Origin: a virus
Taxonomy: Duplodnaviria; Caudoviricetes
DNA: 51,053 bases
Virus record (IMG/VR): IMGVR_UViG_3300017778_004680
Span: 1-51,053 of that record
Strand: one strand, 5' to 3'
This document shows positions 17,939-27,600 of this stretch, one piece after another; the first letter of the stretch is position 1; every line of letters begins with the position of its first letter. Below the pieces are notes generated by a model, which did not search any database, was not told the DNA's origin, and saw only the letters and a list, made by a program, of their open reading frames with translations. A program made the position numbers and the translations under genes.

Positions 17939-20243
17939 TACGTTCTATTGGCTTATAATTAGGTGGGTCAATTTTTTGATCATCTAATACTGCCACAATT
18001 TTAGCATCCAATGCGTCACGATTTACTGTATTAGATTCGTTGTTTGGTGTTTTTGCAAAACCAGCAAATTCTCCCACTTTATCTTCAACAAATTTTGTAG
18101 AGAATTGCGCACTCTTTGCTGTATTCAACATGTTTGTTTTAAGATTATTTGGTGCTGTCCCTTTAACTAGACTGGCTACTGCTCCAACACCATACGCTGT
18201 GGCCATGCCTGTCAATGCCGATAAGGAAGACAGTGGTTCTTTGCCTGTGGCAATTCCAGATGTTTTTAAGCCCTGCAATGTGGTGTTCATCAATGCTTGT
18301 TGAGTGTTAACTTGTAGTTTATCATTGCCCAACAAACTGGTTAAACTGATGACGCCACTTGCACCAGTCCATACTGTAGGAGATGCCAACATGGCATTAA
18401 TTTTGTTGCTTTGTGCAACTTGTTGAGCAGTAACATTGCCCCCAGTGGCATTGATGCGCTTGGCTTCGGCCGCGTCAGCCGCAGTGGGAGCAGGCACAGG
18501 TGCGGCGTTTAATTGGGCCAGCGTTCCAGGTTTAAGAAACTTTGAAGCTTCTAATTTTGCAGGTGTGAACCCAAACTGTCCTATTCCCTTGTCCACACTG
18601 ACTGCTGTTGATGCCTGATTTGTGGCTGTTTTGGCCTGTGCAAGTAGTCCTGTTACTTCTGCCTTGTTCAAATCTCCAACCTTGGCCGACGCAATTGGTG
18701 TAGTCAATACTGCTGACGCTGTTACCGGATTTGTGACTGCTTGCGTTGCAGTGGGCGCCAGTGCTTTGGTCACCGCAGGAGATGCAGGAGTGCTAGAGTC
18801 TGCTTCAAAACTAACTGATACTGGTACTCCTTTGTTATGATAAGGATACGGTTCGTGTGTGGGTGCTCGTGGCACAATAGATTCCAACGCACCTGCTTCA
18901 ACTTGCCAACCAGTATCAGTTAATTTAGTATCATCTAATGTGTATTCAGTTATGGGTTTGGGTGCATCCACGCTCTCAGGAGCCGCGCCGCTGTTGAGGT
19001 TGATAGGTTGTGCTTTAAAACTCAGTGCACCCGATGCTTTCCAACCGCCCTGTGCGCTTTGCAATGCAATAGTGCCATCACTAAGAACACCCACTTTGGT
19101 TTTACTGTAAATTGTAAAATCAGTTGTGCTGGAAAGTTTTATAGATTCTTGGCTTTCAATTTGAATATTTTTGCCGCGTATGTTGAGATTTTCGCCAGCA
19201 TTGATATTGATATTTTTATCAGCGTGTAAATTAATTTCACCTTGACTACGAACGTTTACAGAGTTTGTGCTGTAGACATCTATTGTACCTTCGCTGCCTA
19301 GTTCAATCCAAGCTTGTCCATTGGCAGCAATGATATACAAGCAATCAGCTTCATCACTCATGGTGATTTGATGACCTTTGGCGGTGCGAATTCGTATAAG
19401 ATTGTCTCTACCAATCAAGTCACCGTCATCCATGACTATGCTGTGACCTCCTCGACGACCTTCTATTCTAACATCTGTAAATTTAAGTTTGCCCGAGTCT
19501 AGCTGTTGCTTGATGTCTTTGTCCAGCAAGCCACCTTCGTATATGGGACGGCCTGGGGTTGACATACCAAATACTGCACTGGGGCTTTCACGTTGCGAAC
19601 TGGAAGAAATTGGTCCACGAATATAATCTCCCAGCAAACCCTGATTGTACAACATAGCATACACATAATCGTGTACAGGTTTGGGTTGTGCAAAAAATCT
19701 TGGATTATCATATGTGGCAGTGTTTTCACTATTGATTTCTACCACAGGCAATTGTTTGGCATTGGCAGTGTCAATTTCTGCTGTCATGGCAGCGTTCTTG
19801 GACACAAATTTTCCAGTAGCACCCACAGCAGGAATCATGTGTGTTGAACCTGGCTCGGGCACACATCCAATATAGTAACCTTGATTTGGATCTCCTGCTA
19901 CAAAGAAACAAATAACTTGAGTGCCAATGTCGGGTGGGGTAAACCACATGCCATAACTTTGTTGATTACCTTTGTAGCTACCAGGGCCAGCACTGCTAGA
20001 TGCATTGTTTCTGGGTGTTACTCCATAAAAAGGTGGAACGTACATCACAGTACGCCAAAGGTCTTTATTTGCAGGATCTTTACCGGCAAATTGTTCTATG
20101 TAAACCTGTAGTCGTCCACTACGTGCAGAGTCAACATTGTTTTTGACAACACCAATGTATGGACCAAACTCTGTGGGCATACCCCCACGATCAAATTTGT
20201 AACTGCTCCCACGGCCTTGACTGCGTTGAATATTATTTGACAT
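17934..20243 (-). CDS. Baseplate hub/central spike, gp5/VgrG-like, with long C-terminal extension (769 aa)
   Basis: OB-fold-like start (GVVKNNVDSARSGRLQVYI; YGMWFTPPDIGTQVICFF), GHSIVMDDGD..IRIRTAKGHQITMSD, beta-helix repeats, His-rich PTHEPYPYH motif. Confidence 0.8.
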   Translation of the reverse strand: MSNNIQRSQGRGSSYKFDRGGMPTEFGPYIGVVKNNVDSARSGRLQVYIEQFAGKDPANKDLWRTVMYVPPFYGVTPRNNASSSAGPGSYKGNQQSYGMWFTPPDIGTQVICFFVAGDPNQGYYIGCVPEPGSTHMIPAVGATGKFVSKNAAMTAEIDTANAKQLPVVEINSENTATYDNPRFFAQPKPVHDYVYAMLYNQGLLGDYIRGPISSSSQRESPSAVFGMSTPGRPIYEGGLLDKDIKQQLDSGKLKFTDVRIEGRRGGHSIVMDDGDLIGRDNLIRIRTAKGHQITMSDEADCLYIIAANGQAWIELGSEGTIDVYSTNSVNVRSQGEINLHADKNININAGENLNIRGKNIQIESQESIKLSSTTDFTIYSKTKVGVLSDGTIALQSAQGGWKASGALSFKAQPINLNSGAAPESVDAPKPITEYTLDDTKLTDTGWQVEAGALESIVPRAPTHEPYPYHNKGVPVSVSFEADSSTPASPAVTKALAPTATQAVTNPVTASAVLTTPIASAKVGDLNKAEVTGLLAQAKTATNQASTAVSVDKGIGQFGFTPAKLEASKFLKPGTLAQLNAAPVPAPTAADAAEAKRINATGGNVTAQQVAQSNKINAMLASPTVWTGASGVISLTSLLGNDKLQVNTQQALMNTTLQGLKTSGIATGKEPLSSLSALTGMATAYGVGAVASLVKGTAPNNLKTNMLNTAKSAQFSTKFVEDKVGEFAGFAKTPNNESNTVNRDALDAKIVAVLDDQKIDPPNYKPIERT

Positions 20244-20253
20244 TGGTTAACTC

Positions 20254-23190
20254 TTATTGATCTTTCACTATGCCGTTGTTGGTAGTGATTCTGATACCTG
20301 GCAACGCCTCACCTGCGTAGTTGTTGGTGCCCGACGCAAACGCAGACCTAGCAATTTCTAAAGCTGCCGCAGGTGTTGCACCTCCACGACGAGCTGTGAT
20401 ATACGCAGGACTAGCTTGCAATTGAGATAGGGTTGGTTGTACTACAACTGCAGGAGGTCTTAAAATTTGATCTGTTCCCTTGGCCAGAGATGATGTGGGT
20501 TTTGTACCTGTGACTGAAGTAGTTGGTATTGATGGTAATCCATTGGCTGCAGATGCCAGTCGTTCAAGTCTAGCTGTCTCGGCAGCAGACTGATTTTCAG
20601 TTGTGGTTGTGGTTGTGGTAGTTGTGACAGCGTCTTGTTTTACTTGAGCAATTGGGTCAGGAAATATCAACAAAACTCCTTCTAGTTCTTGTGTAAATCT
20701 TCCTTGTCGGAAATTGCTGGTAACAATTGTAGCTTTGTAAATGTAACTTTGTGATTTAACATTTGTGCCAGAAACTTTCATAACACCCGACTGTAGGTCA
20801 TAGTCAGCTGGTTTGTTGAAATTGATTTCAAACAATGCTTCACGTGCATCAAAATTTATTGTGCCATCAGGTAAAAATGCATCAAAATATGCATCGTAAT
20901 TTTCGTTATCAACTTTCTTGGTACTGCGTACACCAGACCATACTTCACCTTGTTGTATCCAAGCAGGATCACCCACAATTGTAAGTTTTACTCGACCTTG
21001 GTCGGCTGGGCTGTACAAGTAGTCTGCGGCGTTGGCACCAGGCTCATTACGATTACCCTTTTCGCCTTGATTGGTTTGAGGACTGTTGGGTGCAAACAAT
21101 CGTTTTTCTATTTCTCGATAGTCAGATGTATTCTTAGTTGTCTGTGGAGACTGTCGACTGTTCACTGTGATATAATAGAGATAGTTAAAATCTTGTTCAA
21201 AATTCAGTATGGATACATTTTCTCCAGTGAACCAGTAATTGTATTTTTTCTGTGCGCCACGAAATTTTCCTTTGGGGAAATATTCGCTCTTGATATCATT
21301 AATGGCATAAGGTGCAATCTCATAAGTGATCTCATAGGCATCATCATTGCGTTTGGGATCTTTTTTAATGGGCTTGGCTTCTACGCCAATCCTGTACCAT
21401 GCAAATGCTTGAGCCCCTGTGCCTTGTGGTATTACTTTGCCATCTTTGTCAATGATTTTGGTTTGTTGTTTGTAGATGTAATCACTACTGCGTATAGCAA
21501 GATCAATGAATTGCACAATGCTCATACCAGCAGTGGCACTGACTGTTTTGGCATTGTTGCTCATGCTTTGTTTGGTGCCATCTTTGGCCTGTGCCGCAGT
21601 GGTTGCATCAACCATGGGTGCTGCCAAGCGATTAATTTGACCTGGTGGTACAATACTGGCGTTGGCAATTTCAGGATGACTAATTATAATTTTGTATCTA
21701 TCGGCCACATCATATGTGTTGCTTGTGACTTGTTCTGCTTGAAACTTGTTCAGGGCCTGAACAAGACCACTGTTTAGTGTGGGGTTGGGTGCAGCCGCTG
21801 CCTTGTCTGGAGAAGCTGTTACTCCGGGTTTGGTATAGTTTATATTTCCATTGAACAAATTTTGCAGGGTTGTACCAGTTATTTCAATGTTATAAGGTAT
21901 AACACCTCGGCCCTGTCCAGTGCCGATAACGTTCTGGGGACAAACTGCTGTGCATTCATATTCGGTAAGACGATTGGCTATACGGAATTTGATACCGGTA
22001 AACTGAAATGGAACAAACTTTTCTATAATGGCTCGATTATCGCTACGGCCAGCAGGGTCTGCTGTGTCAGGAGTGATCACTGCATTGCCATTTTGATCAT
22101 ACCCATAAAATCTCAACACCAACAAATAATTCTGTGCGGCATAGTTGCTGGCAGTGACACTTTTACTGGCTCCACCGCCCATGGTGATGTACTGATGTGT
22201 GGCATTGTATAAATTGTCAAGCAATGTAATACCATTTGGCTCAACAATTCTAAATTTCATTTCTGTTACATTGTGTGCGCCACCAGTACCTTTGCCTTGA
22301 ATTAAGCTTGTGAGTTGAATGTCGTCTAGATAGTAATCTAATGGAAAATATTGATTGCGACCTTGCGTTAAACTTACACCGCCGTTGACTTCGCCGCCAT
22401 CATTTTGTATATTGGGGTCTGCTGTGAAGCCTGACTGCTGTGGAGCCCCTGCACTTTGCATCAACAGTTGATATCCAGCAAGATACTTTTTTCCTGTGGT
22501 CATGAGTCGCTGATAGTCTTCTGGACTCATGAGATAAATGCTGGCACTGTAAGTGTAGTTGGCCAAGCCATCTAATGCATTGGGCTGTGGCACAATGGCT
22601 CGTGCCGTTTTGTTGACCAGTGTGACAACATCATTACTGCCTGTACCTGTTCCTTCGGTACCTGAACTAGCAGGTGCTGCCGACGATGAGTCTTCTCCAG
22701 GTGCACCAACTCCTGGTGAATTTGTTGGTGTTGCATCAGCATTGTTTGTTCCTGTGGGTCCACCGAGCACCTGTGCACCTGAACCATACCCAGCAGGGCC
22801 AGGCAGTGATGTGGGCGCAGGATTGGCCTGTGTTTCAGTTGAGCTACGAAATCTACCATCGGTACCAACTGTGAATGTATTTGGGGGAGATGTTGTGTCG
22901 TTGCCAGCGGCAGAATCACTTGTGGTTGTGCCCGGCGGAGTTGGTGGGTTTTGTATACTAGCCCTGTCGTCTCTGGCCAGTTGTGCATTTGCTAGTTCTT
23001 GCCCGCTACTAACTGGGGGTCCGGCGGCAATTAGCGATTCAATTGCTAGGACCACTGCTCGAAGTTGTATGTTTATGTCTTGTATTTCTGTTACAACTGA
23101 AGTATTGCCTGCTTGATATTGCGCGGCAAGCACATCTCGTCGTGCTAAGAGTCGTGCTCGTTCTGCTTCTAGAGATTGGATAGTGGCCAT
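20254..23190 (-). CDS. Baseplate hub/tail protein (gp27-like position), 978 aa
   Basis: Between gp53-like and gp5-like genes; KLTIVGDPAWIQQ and YKATIVTSNFRQGRFTQELEG resemble hub C-termini; low-complexity P/T/G linkers. Confidence 0.55.
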   Translation of the reverse strand: MATIQSLEAERARLLARRDVLAAQYQAGNTSVVTEIQDINIQLRAVVLAIESLIAAGPPVSSGQELANAQLARDDRASIQNPPTPPGTTTSDSAAGNDTTSPPNTFTVGTDGRFRSSTETQANPAPTSLPGPAGYGSGAQVLGGPTGTNNADATPTNSPGVGAPGEDSSSAAPASSGTEGTGTGSNDVVTLVNKTARAIVPQPNALDGLANYTYSASIYLMSPEDYQRLMTTGKKYLAGYQLLMQSAGAPQQSGFTADPNIQNDGGEVNGGVSLTQGRNQYFPLDYYLDDIQLTSLIQGKGTGGAHNVTEMKFRIVEPNGITLLDNLYNATHQYITMGGGASKSVTASNYAAQNYLLVLRFYGYDQNGNAVITPDTADPAGRSDNRAIIEKFVPFQFTGIKFRIANRLTEYECTAVCPQNVIGTGQGRGVIPYNIEITGTTLQNLFNGNINYTKPGVTASPDKAAAAPNPTLNSGLVQALNKFQAEQVTSNTYDVADRYKIIISHPEIANASIVPPGQINRLAAPMVDATTAAQAKDGTKQSMSNNAKTVSATAGMSIVQFIDLAIRSSDYIYKQQTKIIDKDGKVIPQGTGAQAFAWYRIGVEAKPIKKDPKRNDDAYEITYEIAPYAINDIKSEYFPKGKFRGAQKKYNYWFTGENVSILNFEQDFNYLYYITVNSRQSPQTTKNTSDYREIEKRLFAPNSPQTNQGEKGNRNEPGANAADYLYSPADQGRVKLTIVGDPAWIQQGEVWSGVRSTKKVDNENYDAYFDAFLPDGTINFDAREALFEINFNKPADYDLQSGVMKVSGTNVKSQSYIYKATIVTSNFRQGRFTQELEGVLLIFPDPIAQVKQDAVTTTTTTTTTENQSAAETARLERLASAANGLPSIPTTSVTGTKPTSSLAKGTDQILRPPAVVVQPTLSQLQASPAYITARRGGATPAAALEIARSAFASGTNNYAGEALPGIRITTNNGIVKDQ

Positions 23191-23193
23191 TGA

Positions 23194-23493
23194 TTAAAAT
23201 CCCAGGGCGTTGCGCAGATTTGCCAGTGTAGGTAGATAGATACTGACACCTGTTGTGAAGTCCCAAGGTGGCGCTGTGAGTGTGTTGGGGTTGCGTTGAT
23301 AAAACACCCACCATAGACCCGGTTGTTGATAAAGGTCAAATGCCAACAAATCAGGTCTGTACTGATATGTTTGATTTATTTTGAAAAATACATCATCGTT
23401 TTCTCTAGGTATAGGTCTGTTGACCATGGGATCTAGATAAAACGTGGTATATGGTGTTAAGAAATAAGGACTGGTGCTTGTGTATTCAGCCAT
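23194..23493 (-). CDS. Baseplate wedge protein gp53-like (LysM-like)
   Basis: YQYRPDLLAFDLYQQPGLWWVFYQRNP motif; ATG at 23493 coupled (TAATG) to the upstream stop. Confidence 0.8.
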   Translation of the reverse strand: MAEYTSTSPYFLTPYTTFYLDPMVNRPIPRENDDVFFKINQTYQYRPDLLAFDLYQQPGLWWVFYQRNPNTLTAPPWDFTTGVSIYLPTLANLRNALGF

Positions 23494-26400
23494 TACCAAA
23501 ATCCTCCCTTGACCAAGTCACCGTTGGCAAACTGCTTGAGACTGAACTGTTTGCTGACTTGACTGCGTGTTTGTGTTGGTAACAATGTAATAGTCATATC
23601 TAATTTAGTGGGCACATATGTTGGCAATGTTGTTCCCAGGGTAGGTGGTGCTGGTGGCGGGTTCACTCCACCAGGTTGCAAGCCGGCAGCGCCCAATCTC
23701 AGATTGCTCAACCAGCTGGGTCCACTGGGCAGGTTAGACCGATCTCTGCGCCCTAACAAATTGGTGCCATCAACGCTGACTGTTCGAGCACGTATATAAT
23801 CCACATCATTGGGCAAGTTATAGCTAAAGCTACGCACCAAGCAAGGATGCAAATTAAACTGGAACTCGCCTAGTCCTTGCAAGAAAACCAAGGGCGGCGG
23901 CTGTCCACGATTGGCGTCTTGACCATAAAACATTTTTGTCACACTGCGGAAAAAGTGAATTACTGCCAGCATGTAGTTGGCTTCTGATGTGTCCTGTGCT
24001 GTAAATGTTGCAGTTATAGTGACTTCGTCCACATAGCTGTTTTGATAGAAATAGCCGCGATAGTTAGAATGTGTAAGATCATAATGATTGTAGTTGGCAG
24101 CATAGTTGGTGCTGATTTGCGGTGTGTACGGAAATACCACACCGTTTGTAACAGTCAGCGGCCATAACACACCATTTTCATTTATCCTGGGATCACTATA
24201 CAAGTAATCAGCACCCTCGGCCAGGCGCAATTTAACACGCCAGTCACCTTCGTTGGCCTGTTTTCGTTGTGCGGCAATTGCAGCCTGAGAATTGGCTTGA
24301 TTTTTTAATGCCAGTACTCTAGAAGCGTCAGCAATGGAGGCAGCGGCCGATGCTTGTGTGGCAGGTTCAACAAAATCCCCGCCAACAAAAACAGGATTGT
24401 TGTTTTCATCCAGGCTCCAGCCAGGATTTAAGTTACCATCATCATCGTATGGCAATCCATTGGGATACAAACTGGGATCTTGTGAGTTGGTAACTGCAGC
24501 CGGGCTAGCATTTTGCACCGGGGCATTTATATCAATATCAGAAGTGTTGCCTGAAGAGTATGCAACGGCAGCGGTAGTGGCTTGATTTTGTGTTAGCCCA
24601 GCTACCACCACAGTACCAGTGTCGTCATTTATTACGCTGTATGTTCCTTGTGCTGGATTGTACACAGCTGAATAATTTCCACCAACTCCTTCAGCTACTG
24701 AAATTACTTGACTAGCCGGAACACTAGTTGTAGTGTTGTTGCCAGCCTGTGGATCCGTATTGGTGTCAACTGCAACAGGACCAATACTACCCGGTGGAGG
24801 ATCTTCTTCTTCGCCTGCACCACCTGCTTGTGCATCAACCGCGGTGTTTACCGGGATGGGTTCTAGAATTTCGGCTGCGCCACCGCTGCCACCACCAGTA
24901 ACAAGATTATAACCTTGTACCACAAGATTTATCTGTGGCACAAAAAGTCTTGCCAAGGCTAATGCTGTCTCTGCTGGCGATAGGTCAACATTGGTTACGA
25001 TATCGCCAATTTTTACAATTTTGTTTGCTGTGCCAATTGCACTGTTGATTTGAGGGTATCCAGGTATTTGATTTAATGCTAGAGTAATAGCTTTGTCAAT
25101 TAGTTTTTCAAGAATAGGTCCTTGATTGGGTAGTCCCAGGGAGTCTCTAATGGCTTTAGACACACTGGTGTTGGCCGTGACTTCTACAGTTTGAATTTCA
25201 GTGTCACCCTGATCTGTAGTGGGCAAGGTCGTATCTGTTACTGCATCAGTGCTGACATTCCTGATTAAGTTAAGGTTTATTTCTGTATCTGCTACACCAA
25301 TGTTGGCTGCCACAAGATTTTGAATGTTGATTGCGTTTTGTGTCAGTACTAAATTTTCAATGGCCCGGACTTGTTCTTCAGTTATGCTGCCATTTTGACT
25401 GATGTATTGTGCAACCAGGGCATCAGTAATACGTTGCGTGGTGCCTAGCTCCAGGGTATTATCGGCCACAGTGTAAGGTACCAGGCTTATGTTTGATATT
25501 CCTATAATTGTTTGACCAGAATTGTTAACATCACCTATGAGAGTATTAAATGTCCTGCCTATTCCAGAGTCGTTAATTATAGATTTTTCTGCTGGAGTGA
25601 GTTGATCATAAAAATTGTTGATCAATGCTTCCTTGGTTGCTTTTAGAGTCTCTGGATATAATGAATCATTAATTGACAAGTTTCGCACAGTGTTGATTAC
25701 ATCCTGTGCTAGGTTAAGGGTATCTCTTGTGGTAATTGCAACTTGCAGTCCAAAATCAACAATCTTTTCTAATTCTCTACGCTCTTGAGTGGTTAGTGTA
25801 AATCCGTTCCCATCAGCTTCTAGTAAATTATCTGCCTGATTTGCATTTCGAATTGCTAGGCTACGGCCAGCGGCAGTGGCTAAATTAGGGCTGGAAAGCA
25901 CAAGATTTAAAAATTCAGTCTCCAGTGCTAGATCTAGTTGTGCTTGTGTGGTTGTTGACAATCCAGTAGCAGTGCTGTCAGCAACTGTGGTTGATTCTGC
26001 TGTTTTGATGTTTACATTAAACTGATTAATTGACAGCGGCACATCAAGTGACTGTCCATCATCAGCTCTGATCAATATGGTGTTGTCAATTGTGTCTGAT
26101 ATAGGATATGTGTCATCCACACCTTGTGTGTTGGCAATCACTGTGGCAGTCAGGGTTTGAATTTCGGCAATAGAACCCAGGGTGTTGAACTGCGTTGTCA
26201 AGTATGCGTCAGATCCAGCCTGAATGTTATAATAAGTGTTATCCAAGGTCAGTGACTGGGCTCCGCCGGTGTTGGGGTTAGCAAATCCATACACAGCATT
26301 GTTGGTATAGTCAACACCAATTTGGTAGTTTGCTGTGCCCACAATGGTTTGATCTTGGGTAAATCCTGTTGTTGTTGAGCTGGTAATAAATGGGTTTGAT

Positions 26401-26546
26401 GTAAATCCATCAAATCCCGACACAGTGGTGTTTTGAAATGTGACATTTTGTCCAGCATAACCCGAACCGCCTATTGAGTTGAAGCCAGTATTGAAATCAT
26501 ATGTGCCATAGCTATAGCTAAAGCTACTGAAAAAATCGTCACCCAT
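23493..26546 (-). CDS. Tail-tube initiator/baseplate junction (gp48/gp54-like) C-terminal domain with ~770-aa N-terminal extension
   Basis: C-terminal GVVFPYTPQIST..HSNY..FYQNS..ITATFTAQD..FFRSVTKMFYG..GQPPPLVFL resembles tube-fold initiators; start placed at ATG 26546 (AAGG upstream, late-promoter motif at 26566) instead of the track's 26657, which overlaps gp55. Confidence 0.6.
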   Translation of the reverse strand: MGDDFFSSFSYSYGTYDFNTGFNSIGGSGYAGQNVTFQNTTVSGFDGFTSNPFITSSTTTGFTQDQTIVGTANYQIGVDYTNNAVYGFANPNTGGAQSLTLDNTYYNIQAGSDAYLTTQFNTLGSIAEIQTLTATVIANTQGVDDTYPISDTIDNTILIRADDGQSLDVPLSINQFNVNIKTAESTTVADSTATGLSTTTQAQLDLALETEFLNLVLSSPNLATAAGRSLAIRNANQADNLLEADGNGFTLTTQERRELEKIVDFGLQVAITTRDTLNLAQDVINTVRNLSINDSLYPETLKATKEALINNFYDQLTPAEKSIINDSGIGRTFNTLIGDVNNSGQTIIGISNISLVPYTVADNTLELGTTQRITDALVAQYISQNGSITEEQVRAIENLVLTQNAINIQNLVAANIGVADTEINLNLIRNVSTDAVTDTTLPTTDQGDTEIQTVEVTANTSVSKAIRDSLGLPNQGPILEKLIDKAITLALNQIPGYPQINSAIGTANKIVKIGDIVTNVDLSPAETALALARLFVPQINLVVQGYNLVTGGGSGGAAEILEPIPVNTAVDAQAGGAGEEEDPPPGSIGPVAVDTNTDPQAGNNTTTSVPASQVISVAEGVGGNYSAVYNPAQGTYSVINDDTGTVVVAGLTQNQATTAAVAYSSGNTSDIDINAPVQNASPAAVTNSQDPSLYPNGLPYDDDGNLNPGWSLDENNNPVFVGGDFVEPATQASAAASIADASRVLALKNQANSQAAIAAQRKQANEGDWRVKLRLAEGADYLYSDPRINENGVLWPLTVTNGVVFPYTPQISTNYAANYNHYDLTHSNYRGYFYQNSYVDEVTITATFTAQDTSEANYMLAVIHFFRSVTKMFYGQDANRGQPPPLVFLQGLGEFQFNLHPCLVRSFSYNLPNDVDYIRARTVSVDGTNLLGRRDRSNLPSGPSWLSNLRLGAAGLQPGGVNPPPAPPTLGTTLPTYVPTKLDMTITLLPTQTRSQVSKQFSLKQFANGDLVKGGFW

Positions 26547-26565
26547 GTGTTGTGTACCTTTGTAA

Positions 26566-26573
26566 TATTTACC
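26566..26573 (-). promoter_or_regulatory. Late promoter-like motif (GGTAAATA) for the baseplate operon
   Basis: TAAATA core 20 nt upstream of ATG 26546. Confidence 0.55.
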
Positions 26574-26604
26574 TAGAAAATAAACGGCATAGTTTATAAA
26601 AAGG

Positions 26605-26632
26605 TTGACAACTGTTGCGTTTGTGCTACAAT
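26605..26632 (+). promoter_or_regulatory. Sigma70-type promoter for the late sigma gene
   Basis: TTGACA (26605-26610), 16 nt spacer ending TGC, TACAAT (26627-26632); AGGAG RBS at 26644. Confidence 0.65.
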
Positions 26633-26648
26633 AAGTACAACCTAGGAG

Positions 26649-27590
26649 ATGCGACAACCGATGTCATTACTACCAAAACCACCTGCAAAAGTCAATTATC
26701 TCAACAATCGAGATATCTTAAAAGAAATTCACCACAGCAAAAACACCTATTGTTGGTATCGTGATCGTGATCTTGATCATCAGTACGATATTATTTTACC
26801 CAATGTCAGCAAGATCAATCAGCGAACTGTGGCCGAAGCTAGACGCAATCGTGCGGCCCGTCTCACAAAAGAATCAGGGCAAGCTGTGGATGAGAAAAAA
26901 ATTCCCAACACTGACCTGGTGTTTAGGATCATGACATGGGAACACATACCCATGGCTCCCAAAAAAGTACCAAAAACTGTGGTCAAGAAAAAGAAAATTG
27001 AAGACATTTTGGGGTTTGAAGAATTACCCCCAGAGGATCCATTAGAAGACTTGATCGACGAACCCATACTGGATCCAGTGCATGTTCGTGTTAACTTCCC
27101 CCCGTTTTTTCAATATCGAATTGATGAAAACAAAGAGCCGTTTCTTGTGGGCAAGAGCCACTGGAAGGGCGATGCAGAAACTGGCGAGTATTCACGTGAT
27201 CATGGCAACATGACTCGCAAGCTGGCCACAATGTTTATGAAACTGTGTGAAAGATATGCTACAAGGAGCAACTGGCGTGGATACACCTACAACGAAGAAA
27301 TGCGAGGGCAAGCCTTGCTACAACTCAGTCAAATCGGACTCCAGTTCGATGAATCAAAATCGCAGAACCCTTTTGCGTATTATACTGCCGCTATCACTAA
27401 TAGCTTTACTCGTGTGTTGAACATCGAGAAAAAAATGCAAAACATTCGAGACGACATCTTGGAAATCAATGGCTTGAATCCTTCGTGGACTCGACAAAAT
27501 GCCGGCAAGAAAAATCTCAGTTCTGAAGTGATAATTACCAACCCAGGCACAATAATTGAAATTGAACCTGTTGCTGCCGAAGACAAGTGA
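26649..27590 (+). CDS. Late transcription sigma factor, T4 gp55-like (start may be ATG 26661)
   Basis: NYLNNRDILKEI; RYATRSNWRGYTYNEEM; QFDESKSQNPFAYYTAAITNSFTRVLNIEKK, hallmark gp55 motifs; upstream of gp47/gp46. Confidence 0.88.
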   Translation: MRQPMSLLPKPPAKVNYLNNRDILKEIHHSKNTYCWYRDRDLDHQYDIILPNVSKINQRTVAEARRNRAARLTKESGQAVDEKKIPNTDLVFRIMTWEHIPMAPKKVPKTVVKKKKIEDILGFEELPPEDPLEDLIDEPILDPVHVRVNFPPFFQYRIDENKEPFLVGKSHWKGDAETGEYSRDHGNMTRKLATMFMKLCERYATRSNWRGYTYNEEMRGQALLQLSQIGLQFDESKSQNPFAYYTAAITNSFTRVLNIEKKMQNIRDDILEINGLNPSWTRQNAGKKNLSSEVIITNPGTIIEIEPVAAEDK

Positions 27591-27600
27591 TTGATTCACA

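Noticed and set aside
20950-23116. Longer antisense ORFs (275 aa, 185 aa) opposite the hub gene, and similar ones opposite the tape measure and head genes
   Set aside because: Fully overlap well-supported genes; explained by codon bias; no recognisable motifs
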